Source of the DNA: Azolla caroliniana
Taxonomy: Eukaryota > Plantae > Polypodiophyta
Reading direction: 5' to 3'
Assembly: GCA_043228905.1 (NCBI GenBank)
Contig: JBHGNT010000009.1
Location: 21,328,001-21,392,000 of the forward strand
Length of the DNA: 64,000 bases
Shown here: in pieces, positions 25,150-37,878 of the stretch
How positions within the stretch are numbered: the stretch's first letter is position 1
How the letters are laid out: each line of letters begins with the position of its first letter
The notes under the pieces: model-generated
What the model saw: only the letters and a program-made list of their open reading frames with translations
The model's database searches: none
Told to the model about the DNA's origin: nothing
Position numbers and translations under genes: made by a program

Positions 25150-26810
25150 GATCCACATAAGTGTCATGATTTAGGAGGATCTGTGTTACATTTGTGTGGA
25201 TATTCCGCATATTATGCAGGACAATTATCACATCATTACTCAGGGGTTGTCATGATTATTCATGATTCATGTTGTCCATATATAGTCTATAATGGTCCAT
25301 ATGGACGTTTTTTGGTGATGGAGGTCAAGTATTTTGAGGATTTGATATGGTTGGTAGAATCTATGCACCCAATAATGCTAATCAACGCATTGAGTTATGG
25401 TCTTCAATGTATTCACGACTATCATTGGGCCGTGTTGGTTTGTTAATGGGTGATTTTAATATGTGTGTTGATGCTTCACAATCTACTTCAAGATTCTCGT
25501 TGATGGATTCTCTTAAGCAAGCAGTTTGGGACAAATTGGCATCAGAGGTTTTGAAGTTAGATGTATGGAATTGGTTGCATCAAGATAAGGTTGGGTTTAC
25601 ATTTCAATCTATGCAATATAAGGAAACATGGAGTAGGTTAGATAGAATGTATGTTATGCATGATGAGTCCTTCTTGCCAGAGATGCTTAATATGTCAATT
25701 ATGCAAGAGGTTGTGACATCGGATCATTTTCCCATATGTTTTGAGTTTAATAAAACATGGGGTAGACATGTACAAAACATTGCTTCATCGAGTTCCCTTG
25801 AGGTTTAATTCTTCGTTATTATTACATTCCTTATTTGATGCCTATATGCAACAAATTTTTGGCATGTTTTCAGAACAAGTTATTTCAAAAGGATGGCATG
25901 CATGGGATATAACACTACAAAACATCAATTATATTCATCGTATGTATGGTATGACTAATGCTAAAAGATGTAAGAAATTGATTGATAAGTTCTCATATAT
26001 TCTTACGCGATGCAATGTACTATTGATGAATAATCCGCATGATGAAGAGCTTTTGGATGTTCAAGTTCAAGTACAGGAAATTGTGAAGAATTCGTCTTGT
26101 CAAAGTTATCAACAAACAAGACTACGCCAATTAAAGGAGGGATTTATAGATAATCAATCACAATCTCATATGTTTTTTCAAGGATTAAGACTACCATATG
26201 CTCGTTCAAATGTGGTACAAATTAAGATAGGGGATGACATTGTTGTAGACCCAGTGAAGGTTATTGAGTTATGTATTACTCATTTTAAGAATTTGATTGG
26301 GCCAGAGATGATTATTAATGAGGATGTCTTAAAAGCGCGACAAGAATTTTATAATGTAATTGGTAATTGGGAGTGTCATGAATACAAATATTTGTTAACA
26401 ATTGGATGCCGATTTTGAAGAAGTTGAGGTGGAAAAGGTATTGTTACAATGTCCAAATGGTAAAAGCCCTGGATGGGATGGTGTTACAAATGAAGTTTTT
26501 AAGAAGTATGCTAACATGCTTAAGAGTCCATTCACACAAATGTTTCAAAAATGTTGGGATTCTGGTTTCATGCCTGAGAGCTGGAAGGTGGGCTTAATCA
26601 AATTGATACCAAAGGTACCATCTCTGGAGTCATTTCATCAATGGTGGCCTATTTCATTGATGGGAGGGTTGTACATAGTGTTTGCAAAGATATTATCTAA
26701 CAGACTTAAGAAATTTTTACCTCAACTTATTCATCCATCTCAATATGGTTTTATTACAGGTAGAAATATATTGCATAATATTTTGAATGTTCAAATGGCT
26801 ACCGAGTATT
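25150..26810 (+). mobile_element. Second L1-type LINE ORF2 fragment (endonuclease plus RT N-terminus), truncated at both ends
   Basis: IYAPNNA, MGDFNM, SRLDRMY, SDHFPI, KSPGWDG, WPISLM, IHPSQYGFITGRNI. Confidence 0.88.
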
Positions 26811-28634
26811 GTTACATATGATTGACTAAACATGCATTTGGTCAAATGTTGGTCCTTAGACATGCTTTTGCTCATAAGTTTGTACCTATGCATCACTTTT
26901 CTATTCAAAATTTGAAAATTCAAATGTTGTGTGCTATTGGCCCCAACTTCCATTCTCGAATTTGTATCCTCATTCCCAAAATGTTCCTGTGCTAGGTAAC
27001 CATGCTTTGTAGCGTAGTGTATTTGATATTGATATTGCTTGGGAAGAAAGCTTTGGGGCTTGATTGCATCATTTATCAAATGTTAGATGTTCTTGAAGAT
27101 GTTTCTCTCATTGCACAAATTCCTTTGACATGGATCTAAAACCATGATTGAGAGTACAATCAACAATCACTACTATACTAGTGCTCTAGTGTAGTGTATT
27201 TGATATTGATATTGATATTGCTTGGGGAGAAAGATTTGGGGCTTGATTGCATCATTTATCAATGAACAATCACTACTATACTACTTGTGCACACGTTATG
27301 ATCAATTGAACTTTGTGCTAAAGACATTATAATAGTGAACTCTAATATTCAAGCTATGCTCACAACCCTTCCATTTAGATGCCCCATGAAAATTGGAGGA
27401 TGCACCATGAAAATTGGAGGCAAAATCTTACATATTCTAACTTGTGGTAAGGCAAGTCCAAGGTGGGAGTCTTGCCAAACTACTGGCGCACACAAGAGAT
27501 TGATAATCATTCAAATAAATGTTACAAAGATTTGCTACAAGAGCTCGAAAAAAATTGCTCTCAAACATTCAAAGCCACCATTGAAGAGATTATAACTGCA
27601 AATCCCCCTCGAAGAAGTTCTTGATGAAGACGAGCATTAAATTCTAGTATTCAATGAATTAGATTCAATGATATGAGATAGTGTTATTCATTAAGGTATG
27701 AAAAGGACAAGATCCAACGATGTGCATTGTAAAGGTAAAAACTATATATGTTATTATGGTTCAAATGGCTATATCATGATGTATCTGATTCACATTGTCG
27801 CATATACAAGGATGAAATACAAAATGATAAAAGGTTTAGGGTTTAGATTTCACAAAACAGTATTACTCGATACAAGACTTGTGCATTACTTCATACAAGA
27901 CTTGCACCATAAAATTGGTAAAAACCCAAAACTTTTGAGCTATAGACCTGAGCCATGGGTGGGTTATATAATGAGATCATTGAATATTCCTGCATAAGTC
28001 TAAGAAGATTAGAACCTTTTGTTGCTCAAAAATTATTTCTAGAGCTTTCTAAGAACTCCTAATCAATGCGAAAAAGCCATCCAAATTCCTAGATCAAGAA
28101 ATTTAGTGATTTTCAAGGTCTTGCGTGGCAAACTCATTTACTTAAAAGCTTCGAGAAAGATGTTGAGAAGAATAAGATAGAGTATGACACTGATCACAAC
28201 ACACCTAAACATTCAAAGTCCTTGCATGTACGCATGCCAAACAAAGGAGCTAAATGAACTCTTATCAACCACATTTCACTGGTGTGCATATCTTTACAGA
28301 TAGATAAATGTCCATCTATGGGCTACTTTACATAGTAACCTGTTGGAAAACAGTGAACATAATACCTTTTGCTATGAATTCCATTAAAAATGATCATAAA
28401 TACCTTTTTTAGATGAATCTCAATAAGAAATGTGAGGAGTGGAATTGGTACTAAATGTATTGCTTTTGGATTTTTAGATATCCCCCACCCCCTTCGCACG
28501 TACCTTTTGTTAGTGTCTGCTGACTGTACCATCTTCTCAATCATCGCCACAATCCTTGATTGATCATCCTTCCTTGATCCCACTTTGATCCTTATAGCTT
28601 TTTAGGGTCATGAGAAAGGCAATAGGATCATGTG

Positions 28635-30156
28635 TTATTCCAAATCTTTCTTAACCATCAAATTCAAAGGAACAACTTTCCATTTTCTCCACTTCGCAAC
28701 TTGTGCAAAGTACTTGGGTAATACGACTCCATCAAATCCCTCCGTCAAAACTACTCCATTATCAGACATATATAGTTTCATGCCATCTGGAGACAATATG
28801 GCACATGAATATTTATGTAGATAGAACAAATTCATATATAGAATGAAACATATGAAAACTCAGACACAATATGGCATGTCTATGTAGATGTAGATAGAAC
28901 AAATTCATATACAGAACAAAGCATATGAAAACTCAGACCTTCAAGGGGTTTCTTAGAATCTAAGTATATTATAACATCACTGGAAGATCTCATTCCTGCA
29001 ATCCAATGGAAAGTTTAGAGAGTCATGGCTTAATTAAGTTTGATCTCAATATGTACTTCAGATTTAACTTGATTATAATTGGCATACCACTTATTACTCC
29101 ATCCTCCGTCGGTAAACCGGTTGCAAAATGTACATGATTTCTCCCCATCCTTTTTAATCCAGAACGCAGTATTAAATCGAGATTGTTCATTGAAGTACCA
29201 TGTATACAAACTGTCAAATAATATAAAGTGAGAACCAATTTACACATGCCTATCGAAAGCTCCCATAAAGGGATATGATGATTCACAAATGGCATTCTTA
29301 TAAAATTTCATAGAATAAACACATGGTAGATTTAATTCCCAAAATTTACCAGGAATTTCATCAGCTGACAAGATTGGTTTCAACAACTTCTCTGTTTCCA
29401 CGGCCTAAAACAAAGAGCCAATCACTCAAGAAAAGCAAAAATCTCCCAATTGGAGAAACTCTTCCAAAACTAGATTTAAATAGTTTTCCACTTACTTTTA
29501 GACTATGTCCTTGATTATCCCTTATCAAGAGGACGCCATCTTCCTCCAATAATCCAAAACGTTGCTTATTGTCTTATTCTACAGCCTACACAAATAATTC
29601 CACATAAAAAACACTTACAAATTACAATGTACAAATATGCCTTTGCCAAGCATTTGAACATAAGAACATGAAAACAATCCAGAGTCTCCAACAAAACAGA
29701 CGTAGACAGAATGAAAACGTTGTATATTCTTGTAATCTTTAATCTCTCGAGTCAAAATCCAATCTGTGAAACAAATAAACCATCATTAAAGATATTGCAT
29801 GTTGATAGAAAAACCAATGAATTATGTCACTACCACATTTGTGATGTGATGGTCAAAACCAACTATAAAACAACTAGAAAGGTGTGCATAAAAAACTATC
29901 AAACAATAGAGAAACATAGGCCACAAAGACTCAATCAAAGTTGTTTGCAAGATTTATATGCCATTGCTAAAACTATGGAACTTATTCTAGTGCAGTTCAA
30001 GGTGGCACCTTCATTACATCTTCCACAGTGTAGACACTCAACAGTATCCCGGCCATTGTTTTGACTTCAAGTTTTAGCAAGTCTACAACTGCAATATAGC
30101 CATTGGCACAGATTTTCAGGTTCAAGTCTACTGCACGATGCCTCAAAGTACTTGTT
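28635..30156 (-). pseudogene. TPT1: tRNA 2'-phosphotransferase (Tpt1/KptA) pseudogene; exons 30009-30156, 29496-29585, 29350-29404, 29088-29210, 28939-28995, 28635-28786
   Basis: LRHRA...DNKQRF...IRDNQGHS...CIHGT...GLKRMGRNHVHF...SGMR...LYMSDNGVVLTEG with GT-AG introns; in-frame TAA at 29574-29576; 5' exon not found. Confidence 0.9.
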
Positions 30157-30727
30157 CTACCAATAAGGAGAACAAATTATCACAATTTTATGACGGAGTT
30201 TTCAACTTGTTTTAAAATAATATCTTAATAGAAATACCCCTGACGTTTGAATATTTACCAAAATACCCCAAAGTTTTCAATGACCCTATTGAAAGATTTT
30301 ACTCAGACGTAAACCACTAATATACTGAGACACAAACAAAACGAAAAACAAGGAGCACACGATTTACGTGGAAAACCCTGATTTCAGGGAAAAACCATGG
30401 TAAACAGAAATTTCCACTATAAGACAAGAAGAAATACAAACATGGAATGATAGAACTTGATTTGGTATGGATGTACTGTCAGGTTGTTATCTGAAACCAC
30501 AAATTCAGCTGAGTGCATCAAACCCTAACTTGTAGGTATCTGTCACTTTTGAAGCTTCCAAAGCTTCTCTGTTCTGTCTCTCTTTCTTCTCTAATTCACT
30601 TTCATTTCTTTGTTTCCTCTCACGCTCAGCTTTTGCGCTATGTCACTCACACAACCACTACTGTGTTAGCACTCTATCGTTCTCTATATCACTCTACTCT
30701 TGCAACACATTCACTTACACCTCACGC

Positions 30728-31417
30728 TGTCGTGAAGATTTTCGTCCACGAGCGAAAACCCGAGCAACGAGAGCCAAAGAGCGATGTGCAACGTTGCACA
30801 CGTACATAATGTATTTGTAATAATAATAGGGGAAAAGGGTATGGTGCTAGAAATGCCCCATAAGATCCCTAAGGTATAAAGGCGATGTGGTCTTGTGCGC
30901 ACATCCACGCAAGAGAGAGAGAGAGAGAGAGGTACTATGCGGTACATAGGTACCTAGTTGTTTGTGAGGAGGTGGGAGTTAAGGGGCCATCAATCTCACC
31001 CTCCCCAAATCAAGGCAAATATCCCCTTTGAATGAAAGGGGATATTTTAGTCTCGTTTTTGTAAACGGTCTTCCCTCCTTGTGCTATAAAAGGAGAGGGA
31101 AGGCACCATTGTGAGGGTTGCCTATTTTGAGTGTGTGGGGTATACCACATAGGTCGAGCGTTAGGGTTAGGGTTAGGGTTTCGAGTAGTCGTTTGGTGCG
31201 GCCTATGCGGCCACCATTTTGTAATCGTTCATTTCGTTTTAATACATCTTGTTGATCATCTTGTCTCCATCTTCCTCTTGTTCGATCTAATCTCGTGTTC
31301 ATTCTTCTTCTTCTTGAGCAAAGCTTCCATTCCCTGTCCGATTCCTTCTCCTCTACTCCTTAGTCCAAGACCCCCGTGGTCCCACCCTTCTCCACGCACG
31401 CGCGTAGCAACGCGACA
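30728..31417 (+). mobile_element. Solo LTR of the Trp-PBS Gypsy lineage inside the Copia-A 3' LTR
   Basis: TGTCGTGAAGA...CGCGACA; ACGC duplicated on both sides; empty site visible in the Copia-A 5' LTR (45968-45985); TATA at about 31085. Confidence 0.85.
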
Positions 31418-31554
31418 ACGCGCTCACTTACTAAAGTTCACATTCGCGCTTCTCTCATTGTTTTTACTCTTAGTAAGTTATCCCACATACAAACGCAGCT
31501 AGTTCGACTCTCACTATATATACTAACTCATCTCATATACATATATATGATTAC

Positions 31555-31596
<42 letters not shown>

Positions 31597-33317
31597 TTAT
31601 TTATTTATTTATATGTATATATATATAATGTATATGTTCGTTCGAACTTCTATTCGGCCGACTCCCATTCGACCAAATCCCATTTCGGTTTTCTAACCGA
31701 ATTCGGCCAGCCGACTCTTGTTTTGGCTTTTCGACCAATTTCGGCCAGCCGACTCCCCCACAAGGAGGGACAATCTTACATAACAAACTCCCCCTTCACT
31801 CATGTAGGGGGAGAGCCAACCAAACCAACCTTTTGCCGGCACACAACAAGTTTTTCCATAGGCAAGATTTTAGTAAGCATGTCTGATCCATTTTCGTCGG
31901 TATGAATCTTCGCTAAGACAAACTCATATTCTTCTACTCTCTCTCTCGCAACCAATGATACAATCTTTGAATGTGTTTTATACGAGAGTGATAGGCAGCA
32001 TTCGTAGTGAGATGAATAGCACTCTAATTATCACAATGACGTACGAATGTTTCTTGTTTCATTCCTAATTCATTAAAAAAATCTCTCATCCAAATTAATT
32101 ATTTTCCAGCTTCTAGTGCAGCCATATATTCAGCATCTGTGGTTGACAAAGCCACAGCCTTTTGCAATCTTAATTGCCATGACACAGCTCACCCTGAATA
32201 AGTTATCACCTACCGTGATGTGGATCAACCAGAATCTACATCACCCGACATATCAGAATCTGTGAAATGTTCGAGCATAGGTTTCCCAGAGCTATATCTA
32301 ATGCATACACTCGAAGTACCTTTGAGGTATCTGAGTATCCATTTTACGGTTGCCCAATGTTCCTTTCCAGGATTACTCATGTAGTGACTAATTGTCCCAA
32401 CAGCAAATGCAATGTCCGGCCTCATGCAGACTATAGCATACATTAGGCTCCCCACAACAGAGGCATACGGCACCTTTGCCTTATCTTTCTAAGTTTTCAA
32501 ACATTGTCCTGAATTTAACTTACAATTCACCGGCAACGGAGATCCAACACATTTCGCATTGTGCATGTTAAACCTTTGCAAAACTTTCGCCACATATTTC
32601 TAACAGCCATAGCATGTTTTTAGTCTTGTCCTGGACTATATGCATTCCCAAATTTTGTTTTGCCAATCCTAAGTCTTTCATGGCAAAAGATTTGCTCAAG
32701 GCTTTCTTCAAGCTTGCAATCTTTTTAGCATTCTATCCAACAACCAACATATCATCCACATACAACAAAAGAATCATAAAATCACCTTCATCATACCTCT
32801 TCACAAATACACAATGATTGGCTTGTGTTTTGTGGAATCCATATTCCAACATCAAGGACGCAAACTTCTTATACCATTGTCGAGGAGCTTGTTCCAGTCC
32901 ATACAAGCTATTCCTCAACCTACATACAAGATTTTCTTTTCCTTTCACCTCAAAGCCCTCCGGCTGCTGCATATAGATTTCCTCTTCCAACTCACCATGC
33001 AAGCATGTTGTTTTAACATCCAACTGTTCAATTTCCAGATTCATATTCGCAGCCATACTCAAAACAGTCCGGATGGAGGTCATCTTCATTACTGGAGCAA
33101 AAATTTCATCAAAATCAACACCCTTTTTCTGTTGGAAACCTTTCACTACAATACGGGCCTTATACCTAGGTGTACTTCCGTCTTCTCTAGTTTTTAGTTT
33201 GTAGACCCATTTGTTTCTAAGTGCCTTCTTTCCATCAAGCAAGCTCCATCAGCTCATAGGAGTGGTTCTTATGCAAGGAATCCATTTCCTCTTGCATGGC
33301 ATTACACCATTTCTCCT

Positions 33318-33760
33318 TGTTAAGTAATTAGGTAATTAACTAGGGTTAATTAGAGACTAATTATATGGTTATGTTAAGCAGTGGAAGATTAGTATGATAT
33401 GCACATGAGAGTGTGTGAGAGGAAGAGAGAGAGAGAGAGGAAGTTACACTTATGAACACGAAGATAAATGGGGGATGATTGACTATATTGAAAAGTGTCA
33501 TCAACATACAAAAATACCCACAATGAGGTATATACACAACCCATGTGCAAAGGTGCACATGTGTGGGTAGAACATAGGTACTTATGTGTAAGTCCTACAT
33601 TAAATGTACTAAGGAGTGGAGGATCTAGAATATCCCACTTAAGTACAAGGTCCTATTTAAAGGCTTAAGGTCAACACATTAACTAGATTCGATCTAGGTA
33701 ACTACTAAGTTACATGTGTTGACTAACTAGATTAAACTAGTTGAGCTTGATATCTCAACA
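33318..33760 (-). mobile_element. Solo Copia LTR (family of the element at 61749) inside Copia-A pol
   Basis: TGTT...AACA ends; CTCCT TSD on both sides; reverse-complement similarity to 61749-62189; Copia-A frame resumes across it (TDVHK-EKWCNAMQEE). Confidence 0.9.
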
Positions 33761-34085
33761 CTCCTTATGTACATCAGTCATGACCTCTTCATAGCATTCT
33801 GGTTCCCCTTCATCAGTCAAGAATATATTGACTGGCTGGATACCGAGAGGAGGTCTTCATTTGTCTTCGTGGATATCTTCTTCCTTCAACAACTGACACA
33901 AGTTCGGTTTCTTCTACCAGCTCATCATCCGACTCTGATTCGTGTGCATCTGTTTGCTGTTGAGTGTCAGCCGAGTCAGATTAGGCTTCATCGGCCAGTT
34001 GTTGTCTGCCGACTGGTTGTGTGGGAGTGATTGACTAGTGTTGACTCCAAAACAGTAGTCGATTGGGAAGACGACTCTGGTCTTT

Positions 34086-34106
34086 TAAACCCTAAACCCT
34101 AAACCC
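34086..34106 (-). repeat. Short interstitial telomeric repeat GGG(TTTAGGG)2TTTA
   Basis: TAAACCCTAAACCCTAAACCC on the plus strand, exactly at the Copia-B / Copia-A junction. Confidence 0.85.
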
Positions 34107-37100
34107 CCCTCCATATTGAAACACTGCAAAACCTTAGAGATATACTCCTGCTGAGATAGAAAGAGTACCCCTTTCGATCGGTTTCGGAGTATTCGCATAC
34201 CAAGGATGTGATTTGCATCACCAAGATCCTTCATATCAAAGCTGTCATGAAGGCTTTGCTTCAATGAATCCAAGGCATGAATATCCTTGCCAGCAATCAA
34301 CATATCATCAACATACAAAACCAAGATAATCAAGCTGCCATCTCCTACCTTCTTGATGTACAAGTAGTGGTCTACTTGACTTCTACGAAAACCTTGAGAC
34401 CGCATAAATGCATCAAATTTATGATACCATTCTCTTGGAGCTTGTTTCAACCCATACAAACTCTTTTTGAGCTTACAAACCATCTTCTCTTTGCCTTTAG
34501 CCACAAAACCTTCATGTTGTTGCATATATATGTCTTCATGCAGATTGCCATGTAAAAAGGCGGTCTTCACATCCATCTGTATGAGCTCCATATCTTCAGC
34601 TACAACTAAGCCCAAAATGATTCGTAATGTAGTCATCTTGACTACAGGCGAGAAGATCTCATCAAAATCAACTCCATATTCTTGCTTGTATCCTTTTGCA
34701 ACCAATCTTCCTTTGTACTTTGGCGAGGAATCAGAAATGACCTTCATTTTATAAACCCATTTGCATGGAAGTGTTTTTTGCCCTTTAGGCAATTGCACCA
34801 AATCCCAAGTGTCATTTTTCTCAAGAGACTCCATCTCTGATAACATGGCTTTATACCATTTCTTATTGTCATGTCTGTCCATTGCTTCCTTGAAGCAAGT
34901 CGGTTCGCCACAATTAGTTACCATGACATAATTAGCCACACTGTTTTCATCAGGAACAAATCTGTCAGGCTATCTAGTAACTCTAGACGATCTCCTAACC
35001 CAATGCTCATTGTTTGGTAGTTGTTGAGCTTGCAAATCATCATTTTCAATTTGCAGTCCAGGCATTTCAGCTTGCAAATCAACATTCACAACTTATTGTT
35101 GTAGCTCTTCCTGCACATTTGGTGGCTCATCATTATTGGCAAAGGCTGGCTGATCATTTCCAACCTCATTTTTTGCATTTGCAGGTAATTTTACAATAGG
35201 TGTTTGTTGTTGTACAACGGGCACATTTTCCTGTCTAAAAGGTATTTCTTCTTGGAATACAACCCTACGTACTTCCTCAGTCTTTTCGGGTTGTTTATGC
35301 ATGCGATTTTCCCGGAAGATAACATCATTGCTGCGTACTATTTTTCTTTTCTCGGGATCCCACAATTTATACCCCATTTCACCCTCATCACCGTATCCTA
35401 GGAAAATACATTTGTAGGACTTTGGCTCAAGTTTGTTGCGTTCTTCTTTACGAATGTGCACAAAAGCCTCACAGCCAAACACTCTCAAGTGAGCATATGA
35501 AGGTGGCTTGCCCGACCACGCTTCTTGGGGTATTCCCCCTCCCAAAGACCTATGAGGTGACCGATTAATCAAGTGAATAGCTATCATAACAACCTCTACC
35601 CAAAAACCATGGGGTAACGCAGCATGAGACAGAATAGTACGGACCTTATCTTGAATAGTCCGAACTCCATTTTGGGGTGGATTATAAGGGGCAGTGAGTT
35701 CCCTCTTTATCCCTTTGCTGTCACAAAATGCTTGAAAAGCCTTGGACACATATTCCCCATCATTGTCAGAGCGAAGACACTTAAGTTTCTTATCAATTTG
35801 ATTCTCAACTAATGCCAAAAATGTTCAAAACTTGTCGAGCACTTCATCCTTGCTACAAATAGGGTAAACCCATACCTTTCGTGTAGCATCATCGACAAAA
35901 GTGACTAAGTATTTCTTTCCCCCTAATGATAGCCCTGGCATTTGACATACATCTGAATGTACTAACTCAATCGGGGACGACTTCAGCGAAAGAGACTTTT
36001 TATGAGATGTTTGTACATGTTTACCATAAATGCAATGATCACAATGTTCAAAATCTGCATAACGAAGGCATGGCAAGTAACCCAAACGAGAAAGTACTTT
36101 CATACCAATTTCACTCATGTGTCCCAACCAGCCATGCCACAAAGAAACACTAGGCTACTCGGTTATGGCAACAACATGGTCACTCACACTAAATACATGG
36201 AGAGGATACAAAGTATCACTTTTACTACCCTTTTCAATAACTCTAGATCCCTTACAAATCTTCCATTTCCCATCACCAAAGGTTGTGTGAAATCCATCAT
36301 CATCTAGTTGTCTTGTGCTAATCAAGCTCCTCTTGAGCTGAGGTACATGCCATACATGCTGAAGTGTGAAAGCAGAACCATGCTGAAACTGTAATTGCAC
36401 AGTGCCAATACCTGCAATTTCACATGCATAGTTGTCCCCAAGATGGACAACACCATGTCGACCCCCTGTGTAATCTGAAAACCACTCACGATGAGGAGTG
36501 ACGTGAAAAGAAGCACCGGAATCGAGTATCCAAGTGTGCATGTCACCATCCGTATCTGCAAGTAAGGCATGTTCTCTATGGCATGATGAAACAACGAGTA
36601 CATCATTTCCACTATCACTATCATGAGTGACTACATTCACCTCTTCAATTTTAGTATTTCCTTTCCTCAGTTGAATGTCTCTCTTTTCTTCTATGAAATC
36701 ATCTATCTTCTTGCCCTTTCCTTTCTCTTTCTTCCATTTCAAACAATCACGTTTAAAGTGACCTTTTCGCCACAGTGATGGCATTCTACATCTTTACCAC
36801 GTGATGTACTACGGCCATAACTATCCAATTTGCCTCTTTGTTGTAACCTACCCCTCATAAGAAACGCAATAGAGGACTTATTGGATGCATTATTTTGCTG
36901 ACTCATCTCTTCCATGAGTAGTGAACTCTCTACATCGGCATAAAGAAGCATCGCATTTGAATTGCTCATAGCAGTCCTGAAAGTATCCCAACTTTCTGGC
37001 AAGGTGCAAAGTAAAACCGTGGCCTTAAACTCATCATCAATGATGAATTTCAAGGCAACCAACTGGCTGAAAATGTAATTGAACTCACTCAGGTGAGTTG

Positions 37101-37496
37101 ACATGGGTGTGCCCTCTGTCATACGCAAATCCATAAGTTTCTTAAGCCAATAAACTTTGCTAGTTGCCGTCTTTTGGGCATACAGTTCCTCTAGTCTAGT
37201 CCATATAGAATAGGCGGAGTCCAAACCTTCGATATTAAAAAGCAAGGCATCGGAGATTAACAACTCAATAGTCGAGCATGCAAGCTCGTTGAACTCTTGC
37301 CAATCATCTTCGTCCATATCTGTAGGCTTTACCCCTTTGACTTTAATAGGCTTTGCATGCTTCTTCTGTAGCAAGATGTTGTAGCACTGCTTTTTCCAAA
37401 CCGCGAAGTTATGTGCACCCTCAAGCTTCTTGATGTGGATAAGGTGGCTACTATCACTACTGCTAGTCATGGTTTCTTAGCCCAAACGGAGGACCA

Positions 37497-37666
37497 AACC
37501 TGCTCTGTAGAAAACGTGATCTGCTCTGTAGAAACCCTAAACTCTGCTCTGCAAAAAACCCTAATCTCTGCTCTGCAAAAAACCTTAAAACTCTGCTCTG
37601 TAGAAAACTCTAAACTCTGCTCTGTAGAAAACCCTAAACTTTTCTCTGCATAAAACCCTAAACCCT
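37497..37666. repeat. About 22-bp tandem repeat (about 7 copies) in the Copia-B 5' UTR, containing AAACCCTAA
   Basis: Repeated CTGCTCTGTAGAAAACCCTAAA variants between PBS and gag ATG. Confidence 0.85.
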
Positions 37667-37878
37667 GCTCTGATACCAGTTTGAAGGCAGCACGAGGATT
37701 AGGGTTTAGGTCAAAAACAGAGAGGGAGAGAGTCTGAGTGAGAGACAAAGAGAGAGAGAGAGATGCACTTTGTCTTGGGTACAAAGAGTGTACCTCTTTT
37801 TTGGTTTTTAGATATTATGTATATACAAGTCAAAAGTGTGCTAAGAGTGCGTTCACACTCGTGCACTAATAAAAGGCA

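Noticed and set aside
27010-27285. Roughly 70-bp direct duplication (similar ones at 12145-12450 and 28790-28940)
   Set aside because: Ordinary local tandem duplications with no element termini.
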